Made by a program: the position numbers and the translations under genes
Notes under the pieces: model-generated
Database searches by the model: none
What the model saw: the letters and a program-made list of their open reading frames with translations, nothing else
What the model was told of the DNA's origin: nothing
Shown: positions 47,910-57,522 of the stretch, in pieces
How the letters are laid out: each line of letters begins with the position of its first letter
Position numbering within the stretch: position 1 is the first letter of the stretch
Source: a virus
Taxonomy: Duplodnaviria > Caudoviricetes
Virus record (IMG/VR): IMGVR_UViG_3300044305_003112
Coordinates: 1 to 64,000 of that record
Length of the DNA stretch: 64,000 nucleotides
Strand: one strand, 5' to 3'

Positions 47910-48883
47910 TGGCACCAGAATCATCAAGAGGAAGAAAAGTAACACCAAAATCACAAAGAAAAATAAGTGAAGGATTACAAACTCCTAAATCCAACCCAAG
48001 AACGGGAATTCAAGGATCAAATCCAAATAACGCAGTACAAGACATTTCAAGCAGAAGCAATCAAATTTCATTTAAAGGAGACTCAGTAAAACCATTTAGT
48101 ATTGGTTTACAAGATATAGATGGTTCTATATTTTATTATTTTGAAAATGTTATAAAACCATCAGTAATGCAGAATGGTCAAAGAATAAATGTACCTGTAG
48201 TTTATGGTAATGCTGAAAGATGGAAACAAATGCAGAAAGATGGATATTATAGAGATAAAAAAGGGCAAATAATGATGCCTTTAATTACTTTTAAAAGAAA
48301 TAGTATTGAAAAAATTAGAAATTTAGCTAATAAATTAGATGCTAACTTCCCAAATAATTATAATGTTTTTACAAAAAAATATAGTAAAAATAATGTTTAT
48401 GATAAATTTAATATTTTAAATAATAGAAGACCAACAGAAGAAAAATATGCAGTAGTAGTACCTGATTATGTTACTTTATCATATGATGTTATAATTTCTA
48501 CATATTATGTAGAACAAATGAATGGTATAGTAGAAGCTATTAATTATGCATCAGATTCATATTGGGGGGATCCTGAAAGATTTAAATTTAGAGCAAGAAT
48601 AGATTCATTTACTACAAATGTAGAATTACCAGCGGGGGCAGAAAGAGTAGTAAAAAGTACTTTTAGTATAAAAATGTATGGATATATAGTACCTAACATA
48701 CTTCAAAAAGATTTAAATTCTATTAATAAGTTTAATACTAAAGCTAGATTAATTTTTAATCCTGAAGTAACAGAAAATTTATCAGAAACATTACCCCCAA
48801 AAATAGATAGATTTAAAATTAACCATGGTGGATTTACCTCTTTTACAGACCCACCAACAACTCGAAAACCAAGAGGGTTATAA
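47909..48883 (+). CDS. Tail terminator/completion protein (gp15-like)
   Basis: VPVVYGNAERW, PDYVTLSY, QMNGIVEAI; immediately before the sheath gene. Confidence 0.65.
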   Translation: MAPESSRGRKVTPKSQRKISEGLQTPKSNPRTGIQGSNPNNAVQDISSRSNQISFKGDSVKPFSIGLQDIDGSIFYYFENVIKPSVMQNGQRINVPVVYGNAERWKQMQKDGYYRDKKGQIMMPLITFKRNSIEKIRNLANKLDANFPNNYNVFTKKYSKNNVYDKFNILNNRRPTEEKYAVVVPDYVTLSYDVIISTYYVEQMNGIVEAINYASDSYWGDPERFKFRARIDSFTTNVELPAGAERVVKSTFSIKMYGYIVPNILQKDLNSINKFNTKARLIFNPEVTENLSETLPPKIDRFKINHGGFTSFTDPPTTRKPRGL

Positions 48884-48905
48884 AACATTTTTAATAAAAG
48901 TATGT

Positions 48906-48915
48906 ATATTTATAA
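48906..48915 (+). promoter_or_regulatory. Late-promoter-like motif ATATTTATAA
   Basis: Upstream of sheath 1. Confidence 0.65.
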
Positions 48916-48948
48916 TAGTATTTCACAAATAAATTAGAATAAAATAAA

Positions 48949-51144
48949 ATGGCAGATATTTTACTTTCTCCCGGAGTCGCAACAAGAGAATTCGATAAAT
49001 CACAATTAACAAAACAACCAATTCAATATGGTGGTGCTATAATAGGTCCTACAGTAAAAGGTATAAAAAATATACCTAAATTAGTAACCAATTATTCTGA
49101 GTATCAAGCTCATTTTGGTGGTGCCTTTACAAGTGGATCTTTTGATTACACATATTTTACATCAATTTCAGCATATAACTACTTCCAAAATGGAGGAAGA
49201 TCTTTGTTAGTAACAAGGGTCTCAGATAAAGCATTTTCAGAAGCAACATCAACACGAATTCAAAGTGGAGATAAGTCATTATTATCAACAGCATCATTAT
49301 ATTCAGGGGGTTTAGACATTCAACCTTTCTTTACAGAAGCAACAACACATACATCAGCTTCATTTACATTAAATGGAATAGAATTTAAATTAACTAGTAG
49401 TACAACAGCTCAGGATTGGGCTACAGAAAACACATCTACACAAATAATAGTTCCAATAAAATCAACAGTTCCTTTAACAGCTTATGAATTTTCAACTTTT
49501 TTAAATGCAAGTCAATCTGTTTCTACTTACTCAATTTTAAATGGATTAACAGCTAGTCAAGCTGGTGATTGGTTAAATATAACGTCTACATTAACAGGAA
49601 GTAATTATGGTTTTTATGGTAATTCAAGCTATATTACATCTCAAAGCGCAACACAATATTTTATATCTGGTTCAAGTAGAGCTTCTTTTGAATTAGAAAC
49701 ATTAGGCCAAGGAGAAATAATGAATAATGATAATACTACTTTAGGTAATTATCCTGATGGTACTTATTTTGCTAATACCATAGGCATCACAACACCATCA
49801 GCTCAAAATCCTTTAGGTGCCCAAAATTCTTTAGTAAGTGGCTCAAAAGATAATTTAAGATGGGAAATTACAAATCCTGATGTTAAAAAAGGAGTATTTA
49901 GTGTTGTTATTAGACAAGGTAATGATAAACAAAAAGCAAAAACAATATTAGAAACATTTGCTAATGTTTCATTAGATCCTAAAGCTTCAAATTACATTGA
50001 AAGAATAATAGGTAATCAAAAACATACTTTGATGGGATCTGGGGCAAATGTTTATTTACAAGTAACGGGTAGTTACAAAAATGCATCAGATTATGTAAGA
50101 GTTAAAAAAGTATACATGAAAACTCCTGACTATCTTGATAGTGATGGGGTAGCAAAAACAAAATACACAGCATCCATACCAATAGCTCAAAGTGGGGCAT
50201 TTGGGGGTGCAACAGGACGTTTATTTACAGAAGGAGCAACAGCTAAATATTATAATAACATTACTAATACTAACACTCAAGGTATAACAGCAGCTAGTTA
50301 CACAGATGCTATAAATTTATTAGCTAACCAAGATGACTATAAGTATAATCTAATAACAACACCTGGTTTAATTAAATCAGAAACAGCTCACTCTACAGTA
50401 TTAAATACTTTACTTTCAAATACAAAAGAAAGAGGAGATACAATGGCTTTAATAGACCCTGTATTATACAACTCAACAATGGCATCAGCAATTACACAAG
50501 CTGAAAGTGTAAATTCATCATACGCTGCTATGTATTGGCCTTGGTTACAAGTAACAGATCCTGACACAGGACAATTAGTTTGGGTACCAGCATCAGTAAT
50601 GGTTCCTGGAGCTTATGCTTATAATGATAAAATAGGTCAACCTTGGACAGCACCAGCAGGTAAAAAAAGAGGAAAATTAGGATCTGTTAGACAAACAGAA
50701 AGAAAGTTAACTAATGCTAATAGAGATACTTTGTATGTAGGTAAAGTTAATCCAATAGCAACATTCCCCGCAGCAGGGGTAGTTGTGTTTGGACAAAAAA
50801 CATTACAAACTAAATCATCAGCACTTGATAGAATAAATGTTAGAAGATTATTAATTGCACTTAAAAGTTTTATATCTCAAGTAGCGGATACATTAGTATT
50901 TGAACAGAATTCAATCCCAACTAGAAATTCATTTTTATCAAAAGTAAATCCATATTTAGAATTTGTAAAGCAAAAACAGGGATTATATTCATATAAGTTA
51001 GTGATGGATGAAAGTAATAATACAGCAGATGTGATTGATAGAAATCAGATGGTAGGACAAATATTTATTCAACCAACAAAAACAGCAGAATTTATTTATT
51101 TAGATTTTAATATATTACCAACGGGAGCAACATTCCCATCATAA
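48949..51144 (+). CDS. Tail sheath protein 1 (gp18-like, with insertion)
   Basis: SPGVATRE, YWPWLQ, VNPIATFP..GVVVFGQKTLQ, DRINVRRLLI, PTKTAEFI. Confidence 0.92.
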   Translation: MADILLSPGVATREFDKSQLTKQPIQYGGAIIGPTVKGIKNIPKLVTNYSEYQAHFGGAFTSGSFDYTYFTSISAYNYFQNGGRSLLVTRVSDKAFSEATSTRIQSGDKSLLSTASLYSGGLDIQPFFTEATTHTSASFTLNGIEFKLTSSTTAQDWATENTSTQIIVPIKSTVPLTAYEFSTFLNASQSVSTYSILNGLTASQAGDWLNITSTLTGSNYGFYGNSSYITSQSATQYFISGSSRASFELETLGQGEIMNNDNTTLGNYPDGTYFANTIGITTPSAQNPLGAQNSLVSGSKDNLRWEITNPDVKKGVFSVVIRQGNDKQKAKTILETFANVSLDPKASNYIERIIGNQKHTLMGSGANVYLQVTGSYKNASDYVRVKKVYMKTPDYLDSDGVAKTKYTASIPIAQSGAFGGATGRLFTEGATAKYYNNITNTNTQGITAASYTDAINLLANQDDYKYNLITTPGLIKSETAHSTVLNTLLSNTKERGDTMALIDPVLYNSTMASAITQAESVNSSYAAMYWPWLQVTDPDTGQLVWVPASVMVPGAYAYNDKIGQPWTAPAGKKRGKLGSVRQTERKLTNANRDTLYVGKVNPIATFPAAGVVVFGQKTLQTKSSALDRINVRRLLIALKSFISQVADTLVFEQNSIPTRNSFLSKVNPYLEFVKQKQGLYSYKLVMDESNNTADVIDRNQMVGQIFIQPTKTAEFIYLDFNILPTGATFPS
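49946..50021 (+). repeat. 76-nt block identical between the two sheath genes (other copy 52024..52099)
   Basis: TATTAGAAACATTTGCTAATG...GGTAATCAAAA identical in both genes. Confidence 0.9.
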
Positions 51145-51154
51145 AAATAAAAAA

Positions 51155-51406
51155 ATGGAAACAAAAGTTTTAACAAAAGAAGAATTAAAAGAATTAAAAG
51201 AATTAAAAACAAAATTTATAGAGTTAACAAATTCAATTGGAGAAATAGAAATTCACATAATGAGTTTAAAAAATAGAAAAAAAACATTAAGTGATGAAAT
51301 TGAAAAATTAAATGAAGGAGAAACAGCTTTAGCTAAAAGATTACAAGATAAATATGGTCAGGGTACTATTTCTCTAGAAACAGGTGAAATTTCCTTAACT
51401 AATTAA
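51155..51406 (+). CDS. Small coiled-coil protein between the sheath genes
   Basis: 83 aa, heptad-rich, ends KYGQGTISLETGEI. Confidence 0.6.
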   Translation: METKVLTKEELKELKELKTKFIELTNSIGEIEIHIMSLKNRKKTLSDEIEKLNEGETALAKRLQDKYGQGTISLETGEISLTN

Positions 51407-51425
51407 ATTTTTAGAAAAAAATAAT

Positions 51426-51435
51426 ATATTTATCA
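51426..51435 (+). promoter_or_regulatory. Late-promoter-like variant ATATTTATCA
   Basis: Upstream of sheath 2. Confidence 0.5.
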
Positions 51436-51452
51436 TAAAAACATAACATAAA

Positions 51453-53243
51453 ATGGCAGAAACTTTAATATCACCGGGTGTATTAGCAAGAGAAAATGAT
51501 CAATCCCAAATAACGGCTCAACCAGTTCAAGCAGGTGCTGCTATAATAGGTCCTACAGTAAAAGGCCAAAAATATATTCCAAAATTAGTAACTAGTTATT
51601 CTGAATATTTAGCAAATTTTGGAAGTACTTTTATTAGTGGATCAGATCAATTTTCTTTCTTTACATCAATATCAGCATATAATTACTTCCAAAATGGAGG
51701 AGCTTCATTATTAGTAACAAGAGTTAATTCAGGTTCATTTACAGCTGCTACTAGTTCGTTTATTAGTGGTAGTTCAGGAAGTCAAAATATATTTCTACTA
51801 GAAACTCTAGGTCAAGGAACATTATTAAATAATGATGATGGTACTTATGTATCTTCAACAGCGGGAACAGTTAATGGTTCTCCTACAACAACAGGTTCAA
51901 ATAATACACTATCAAGTGGATCAGCAGACAATGTAAGATGGGAAATAGCTAATCCAAGTATTAATAATGGAGTATTTAGTGTTATTATTAGACGAGGTGA
52001 TGATACTAAAGAATCTCCTACAGTATTAGAAACATTTGCTAATGTTTCATTAGATCCTAAAGCTTCAAATTACATTGAAAGAATAATAGGTAATCAAAAG
52101 AAAGAAAAAAGAGGAAGTGGAACTGATATATATCTTCAAACAACAGGTAGTTATAGAAATGCTTCAAATTATGTAAGAGTTAAGGAGGTAAAAGTTAAAA
52201 CACCTGATTATTTTAATAATGCAGGAACTCCAAAAGCAAAATATACAGCATCAATACCATTAGCTCAAAGTGGAGCGTTTGGTGCAGCATCAGGAGATAT
52301 ATTTTATGCTGGGGTACAAGCTAGATTTTATGATCAAATAACAGCAACAAATACACAAGGACAAAATGCAACAGATTATTATGATGCTGTTAATTTGTTA
52401 GCAAATAGAGATGACTTTAGATATAATTTAATATCAGCACCTGGATTAGTACATTCCTTCTCAACAGTACCAGCAGGAGGATATAGCCATGCTACTATTT
52501 TAAATACTTTAATTTCAAATACAGAAAATAGAGGAGATAATATAGTAGTACTTGATGTTTCAGGTTATAATTCATCAGTAGCAGCTACAGTAACAAATGC
52601 TTCATCTATTGATTCTTCATATGCTGCAACATATTGGCCTTGGTTACAAATAAGTGAACCAGATACAGGACAATTAGTTTGGGTACCAGCTTCAACAATG
52701 ATACCAGGAGTTTATGCTTACAATGATAATGCTGGAGAAGCTTGGTTTGCACCCGCAGGTATCAATAGAGGTGGATTAGGAACAGTCCAAATGGCAGAAA
52801 GAAAATTAACTCAGAAAAATAGAGATAGTTTATATGTAGGTAAAGTTAATCCAATAGCAACATTCCCAGGAAGTGGTGTTGTAGTATTTGGACAGAAAAC
52901 TTTACAAACAAAAGCAAGTGCTTTAGATAGAGTAAATGTTAGAAGATTATTAATAACATTAAAGAATTTTATTTCGCAAATAGCTGACACATTAGTATTT
53001 GAACAAAATACATCAGCAACAAGAAATCAATTTTTATCACAGGTAAATCCATATTTAGAAAGTGTACAACAAAGACAAGGATTGTATGCATTTAAAGTAG
53101 TAATGGATGAAAGTAATAATACAGCAGATGTAATAGATAGAAACCAATTAATAGGTGCTATTTATTTACAACCTACTAAAACAGCTGAATTTATTTACTT
53201 AGATTTCAATATTTTACCAACAGGAGCAACATTCCCGGCATAA
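51453..53243 (+). CDS. Tail sheath protein 2 (gp18-like)
   Basis: SPGVLARE, WFAPAGINRG, VFGQKTLQ, DRVNVRRLLI, PTKTAEFI. Confidence 0.93.
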   Translation: MAETLISPGVLARENDQSQITAQPVQAGAAIIGPTVKGQKYIPKLVTSYSEYLANFGSTFISGSDQFSFFTSISAYNYFQNGGASLLVTRVNSGSFTAATSSFISGSSGSQNIFLLETLGQGTLLNNDDGTYVSSTAGTVNGSPTTTGSNNTLSSGSADNVRWEIANPSINNGVFSVIIRRGDDTKESPTVLETFANVSLDPKASNYIERIIGNQKKEKRGSGTDIYLQTTGSYRNASNYVRVKEVKVKTPDYFNNAGTPKAKYTASIPLAQSGAFGAASGDIFYAGVQARFYDQITATNTQGQNATDYYDAVNLLANRDDFRYNLISAPGLVHSFSTVPAGGYSHATILNTLISNTENRGDNIVVLDVSGYNSSVAATVTNASSIDSSYAATYWPWLQISEPDTGQLVWVPASTMIPGVYAYNDNAGEAWFAPAGINRGGLGTVQMAERKLTQKNRDSLYVGKVNPIATFPGSGVVVFGQKTLQTKASALDRVNVRRLLITLKNFISQIADTLVFEQNTSATRNQFLSQVNPYLESVQQRQGLYAFKVVMDESNNTADVIDRNQLIGAIYLQPTKTAEFIYLDFNILPTGATFPA

Positions 53244-53258
53244 AAGTTGAAAAGATTA

Positions 53259-53270
53259 ATATTTATAAAT
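53259..53270 (+). promoter_or_regulatory. Late-promoter-like motif ATATTTATAAAT
   Basis: Upstream of the tail tube gene. Confidence 0.7.
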
Positions 53271-53296
53271 GATAACAAAATAAAAATAAAATAAAA

Positions 53297-53785
53297 ATGG
53301 CAGTATTAGACCCAAATGAAATATTTTTTACGGCGTTTGAACCCAAACAAGCAAATAGATTTATTCTATATGTAGATGGAATACCTTCTTATGTTATTAA
53401 AGGTGTAAGTGGTATGGGTTTTTCTCAAGAAGAAATCGTATTAAATCATATCAATGTTTATAGAAAAATAAAAGGTAAATTAAGATGGAATGATTTAACC
53501 TTAACATTATTTGATCCAATTACACCATCAGGTGCACAAGCTGTAATGGAATGGACAAGATTACACCATGAATCTGTTACAGGTAGAGATGGTTACTCAG
53601 ATTTTTACAAGAAAGATTTAACTATTGATGTTTTAGGACCAGTAGGAGATATCGTATCTGAGTGGATTGTTAAAGGGGCATTCATAAAATCATCAACATT
53701 TGGCGATTACAATTGGGATGAAGATACAACTGCCATAAATTTATCTATTGTAATTGGAATGGATTACTGTATATTAAATTTCTAA
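53297..53785 (+). CDS. Tail tube protein (gp19-like)
   Basis: FEPKQANRF, WNDLTLTLFDPI, follows the sheath genes, terminator downstream. Confidence 0.85.
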   Translation: MAVLDPNEIFFTAFEPKQANRFILYVDGIPSYVIKGVSGMGFSQEEIVLNHINVYRKIKGKLRWNDLTLTLFDPITPSGAQAVMEWTRLHHESVTGRDGYSDFYKKDLTIDVLGPVGDIVSEWIVKGAFIKSSTFGDYNWDEDTTAINLSIVIGMDYCILNF

Positions 53786-53812
53786 ATATACTTTTTTATA
53801 TTATTTTTAAAT

Positions 53813-53839
53813 AGAGCTTGGCTTTCGTCAAGCTCTTTT
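53813..53839 (+). terminator. Rho-independent terminator after the tail tube gene
   Basis: AGAGCTTGGC-TTTC-GTCAAGCTCT followed by TTT. Confidence 0.8.
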
Positions 53840-53848
53840 GTATTATAT

Positions 53849-53858
53849 ATATTTATAC
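53849..53858 (+). promoter_or_regulatory. Late-promoter-like variant ATATTTATAC
   Basis: Upstream of the gp26-like gene. Confidence 0.5.
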
Positions 53859-53890
53859 ACATAAAATAAAGTTATTAACAAATAAAAACT

Positions 53891-54631
53891 ATGGATACAG
53901 CTAAATTTAAATTCCCTACAGAAATAGTAGAATTACCCAGTAAAGGATTAATATATCCTGAAGAAAATCCTCTTTCAAAAGGAGAAGTAGAAATGAAATA
54001 TATGACTGCTAAAGAAGAAGATATTTTAACTAATCAAAATTACATTAAAGACGGAAGTGTTTTAGATAGATTATTACAAGCACTTATAGTTACACCTGGT
54101 GTTAATTATGATGACTTAATAGTAGGAGATAAAAATGCAATTATGGTCGCAGCAAGAATATTAGGTTATGGAAAAGATTATAATTTTAAATATGGTGATA
54201 AAGAAGTAACAGTTGATTTATCAAAAATTGAATCTAGATACTTAAATGAAGAACATTTAGAACAAAAAGGTGTAAATAATTTTTCATTTAAATTACCTAC
54301 AACTGAAGCTAAAGTTACATATAAACTTTTAACAGGTAAAGATGATAAAGCAATTAAACAAGAAATTAAAGGTTTACAAAAAATAAACAAAAATGCATCC
54401 CCAGAATTATCAACAAGATGGAAATATATGCTTACATCAATTGATGGTAATGGAGATAAAAAAGCAATTAGAGAATTTGTAGATACTTATTTTTTAGCTC
54501 GAGATTCTAAAGCCCTTAGAGATCATTTAACTGCAACTCAACCTAACATAGACTTAACATTTACTCCTGAAGATTCAGAAAAAGAAGTAAGCATCCCAAT
54601 TGGAGCAAATTTTTTCTGGCCCGACATTTAG
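53891..54631 (+). CDS. Baseplate hub assembly / tail chaperone protein (gp26-like)
   Basis: FPTEIVELPSKG, MKYMTAKEEDIL, GDKNAIMVAARILGYG; ends FFWPDI. Confidence 0.75.
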   Translation: MDTAKFKFPTEIVELPSKGLIYPEENPLSKGEVEMKYMTAKEEDILTNQNYIKDGSVLDRLLQALIVTPGVNYDDLIVGDKNAIMVAARILGYGKDYNFKYGDKEVTVDLSKIESRYLNEEHLEQKGVNNFSFKLPTTEAKVTYKLLTGKDDKAIKQEIKGLQKINKNASPELSTRWKYMLTSIDGNGDKKAIREFVDTYFLARDSKALRDHLTATQPNIDLTFTPEDSEKEVSIPIGANFFWPDI

Positions 54632-54639
54632 TTGGGCAG
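54607..54639 (+). other. Putative -1 programmed ribosomal frameshift signal (slippery heptamer + hairpin)
   Basis: A AAT TTT (overlapping T TTT TTC) in frame, then a 5-nt spacer and the hairpin GCCCGAC-ATTTA-GTTGGGC. The -1 frame is open to 54930. Confidence 0.65.
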
Positions 54640-54930
54640 TATCGAAAACAATTATTTGAATCTATCCACGATATAGTTTACCATGGAGGTGGTGGATTTA
54701 CTTGGTATGATGTATATTCAATGCCTATATGGTTAAGAAAATTAACATATACTCGGATAAGAGATGCTAAAGAAGAAGAAGCAGAAGCTTACAAAAATGC
54801 AGGTAATAAGTCAAAAGGAAAAGGTAGAAATAAAAGTACTACTAATATAGACTTGGCTAATATGGCAGATAAAAAGAAAATGCCAAAAAGACCACATTAT
54901 GTATCTAAATCTTCGATGAAAAAACGTTAA
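54613..54930 (+). CDS. -1 frame extension (gp51/GT-like); the track lists only 54721..54930
   Basis: Open frame FLARHLVGQYRKQLFESIHDIVYHGGGGFTWYDVYSMPIWLRK with no ATG before 54721. Confidence 0.65.
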   Translation, partial: FLARHLVGQYRKQLFESIHDIVYHGGGGFTWYDVYSMPIWLRKLTYTRIRDAKEEEAEAYKNAGNKSKGKGRNKSTTNIDLANMADKKKMPKRPHYVSKSSMKKR

Positions 54931-54936
54931 TATTTA

Positions 54937-54946
54937 ATATTTATAA
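54937..54946 (+). promoter_or_regulatory. Late-promoter-like motif ATATTTATAA
   Basis: Upstream of the tape measure gene. Confidence 0.65.
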
Positions 54947-54958
54947 CCAAAACATTAA

Positions 54959-57490
54959 ATGTTAGATCCTAAAAAAGCAAAACAATACGCAGATAATATG
55001 GAGAGAGCGGCAAAAGCCGCAAAACAACTCCAAGGAACATTTGGTTCAACAAAATCTGATGTTGACGATATGTTTAGTGGCCTACAGTCTATAACAGATG
55101 AAATAACAGGTCAAGCTCAGGGATATAGTTTAGCAAAAAAAGCAGTAACTAATTTATCTGGAATTTTAGGAAAAGTTAAAGATGCTACAGATGATATTTC
55201 TCAAACTAGTTCTAAAGATCTAAAGACACTTCTTCAAAAAGCACAAGCTGAAAAGAAAAATTTAATAGAATCTCAAAGATTACTTTCTTCAAAAGCAGAT
55301 ATGGGAAAAGCTTCCCAAAAAGAATTAATTACATTAGAAAATATAACAGGTATTTTAGGTAAAACTGATGGATTATTTGGCCAGATAACAGCTTCTATAG
55401 GTAAAGCTGCAAAGAATGAAAAAATGCTAGAACAATCAACAGGGTTGTTAGGTGATGCCGCAGGTGCAGTTGATGGTATTTTTAGAAAAATGGGTGGTGG
55501 GAAATTAGCAGATAGAATGGGTATGAAAGATGCGTTAAAAAGTACCCAAGATATGGTAAAAGGCGCAGGTGGAGGTGTTAGTAAATTTAAGTCTATGTCT
55601 CACTTTGCTAAAGGATTAGGTAAAAACCTACTTAAATCATTTGGTTGGGTAGGAGCGATACTGGCTTTAGTTCAAAAATTAGTAGAAGCATTTAAATTCC
55701 TTGATGGAGCAGGAGCAGAAATAGCTAAAAACTTTGGTATATCAGCAGCAGAAGGTAGAGAAGTTGCTAAACAAGCAAGACTACAAGCAGTAGAATATGG
55801 TAATGTTTTAGTAACTCAAAAAGACTTTATAAAGGGACAAACATCCCTTAATTCACTTTTAGGAACATCAGTTAACTTTACATCACAAATGGCAGGAGAA
55901 ACTGCTGAAATAGCAAAATACTCAGGTCTTAGTGCTGATGCTCAAAAGTTTTTTGCTCAACAAATGATTATAACGGGTAAATCTCAAAAATCTCTACTTA
56001 ATGATATTTCTCTCCAAACAATGGAGTTAAACCATCAAACAGGATTAAATTTAAGTTTTAAAGAAGTCCAAGAAGGAATAGCAAGTTCATCAAAAGCTAC
56101 TTTATTAACTATGAAAGCCCAAGGCCAATCAATGGCTAATATGGTATTTCAACAAAAAATGTTAGGAGCTTCTCAACAACAATTAGAAAGTATAGGAGGA
56201 AATTTACTTGATTTTCAATCATCTATAGAAGCAGAAATGAAAGCTGAGTTATTAACAGGAAAACAACTTAATTTAGAAAAAGCAAGACAATATGCTTTAG
56301 AAGGAAAGATAGGAAAATTAGCAGAAGAAATAAGAAAAGAAATAGGGACAGCTGCTGAATTTGGTGAAATGAATGTTATTCAACAACAAGCATTAGCAGC
56401 ATCATTAGGTATGTCACGTGAAGAAATGTCAGAAATGTTGTATGCTCAAGAACAAGCAGAAGCATTAGCAGAAGCTTTTAAGGGACACACAGATGAAAAT
56501 GGTGAGGCAATTACTACAATGTCTCAAGCTCAAGCAAAATATAATGCTTTAAGAGCAGAGGGACTATCAGCTGAAGCAGCAGCAAAAGAATTGGGGGATG
56601 AAGCATTAGCAAATCAATTAGAATCAGCAAGTATACAAGATAGAATGGCAGCTATAACAGAGCAAATGCAGTCATTATTTGTAGCTATGGTAGAACCTTT
56701 AATGCCAGCTTTTGAATATATAGCTAATTTATTGGGAGAAACTATAATGCCTATGATAAGAGAAATGCAACCAATTTTTGATGCTGTTGGACAAGTTTTA
56801 TCAGGTATTATGAGACCCATATTTGCAGTAATAGGAGAAATAATAGATGCTTGGAATCAAGTATTTCAATCAATAAGTGATACTTTTAATGAAATATTTG
56901 GAACAGCAGAAGGCACAGCAGACGTATTTGGAACTATTGGTGAAATTATTGGGTGGGCTATTAAACGACCATTAGAATTTGTTTTAAATAATGTCTTAAA
57001 TTATATACTACCAGTAGTAGAATCTATTGGAAAAATGTTTAAAGGAGTTGGAAAAATTTTAAATGGTGATATATTAGAAGGATTACAAATGATTGGAGAA
57101 GGTATTTTAGGATATATGATAGCACCTTTTAATGCAGTTATAAATGGTATTATAACAGGTATAAACTGGTTAATTGAAGGAATTAATTTCTTCTTAGATC
57201 CTTTAGGATGGGGAATTGGATTAATTCCAAGTGTTGATTTAGCAGGAATGGTTGGATTAGCTGAGGGTGGTATAGTTGATACACCTACAACAGCCTTAAT
57301 TGGTGAAGGAGGAGAACCTGAAGCTGTTATACCATTAAGTAAAGCAGGAGAAATGGGATTTGGGGGAGACCCAAAATTTATGGCGGCAATAATAGGATTA
57401 TTAAAAAAGATAGCTGGAAAAGATACAAGCATTAGTATGAATGGAAGTAAAGTGGGAAAAATGCTATCTTTAGTAACTTCTAGAATGTAA
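54959..57490 (+). CDS. Tape measure protein
   Basis: 843 aa, helical A/G/Q/L-rich, with C-terminal LAEGGIV...ALIGEGGEPEAVIPL motif. Follows the tube and chaperone genes. Confidence 0.85.
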   Translation: MLDPKKAKQYADNMERAAKAAKQLQGTFGSTKSDVDDMFSGLQSITDEITGQAQGYSLAKKAVTNLSGILGKVKDATDDISQTSSKDLKTLLQKAQAEKKNLIESQRLLSSKADMGKASQKELITLENITGILGKTDGLFGQITASIGKAAKNEKMLEQSTGLLGDAAGAVDGIFRKMGGGKLADRMGMKDALKSTQDMVKGAGGGVSKFKSMSHFAKGLGKNLLKSFGWVGAILALVQKLVEAFKFLDGAGAEIAKNFGISAAEGREVAKQARLQAVEYGNVLVTQKDFIKGQTSLNSLLGTSVNFTSQMAGETAEIAKYSGLSADAQKFFAQQMIITGKSQKSLLNDISLQTMELNHQTGLNLSFKEVQEGIASSSKATLLTMKAQGQSMANMVFQQKMLGASQQQLESIGGNLLDFQSSIEAEMKAELLTGKQLNLEKARQYALEGKIGKLAEEIRKEIGTAAEFGEMNVIQQQALAASLGMSREEMSEMLYAQEQAEALAEAFKGHTDENGEAITTMSQAQAKYNALRAEGLSAEAAAKELGDEALANQLESASIQDRMAAITEQMQSLFVAMVEPLMPAFEYIANLLGETIMPMIREMQPIFDAVGQVLSGIMRPIFAVIGEIIDAWNQVFQSISDTFNEIFGTAEGTADVFGTIGEIIGWAIKRPLEFVLNNVLNYILPVVESIGKMFKGVGKILNGDILEGLQMIGEGILGYMIAPFNAVINGIITGINWLIEGINFFLDPLGWGIGLIPSVDLAGMVGLAEGGIVDTPTTALIGEGGEPEAVIPLSKAGEMGFGGDPKFMAAIIGLLKKIAGKDTSISMNGSKVGKMLSLVTSRM

Positions 57491-57492
57491 CA

Positions 57493-57505
57493 ATATTTAT
57501 AAATA
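57493..57505 (+). promoter_or_regulatory. Late-promoter-like motif ATATTTATAAATA
   Basis: Upstream of 57523. Confidence 0.7.
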
Positions 57506-57522
57506 AAATAAAAAATAAAATT

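Noticed and set aside
54721-54930. Standalone 69-aa gene starting at ATG 54721
   Set aside because: The protein-like frame extends about 36 codons upstream to a slippery site, so it is better explained as a frameshift extension, though independent initiation cannot be excluded.
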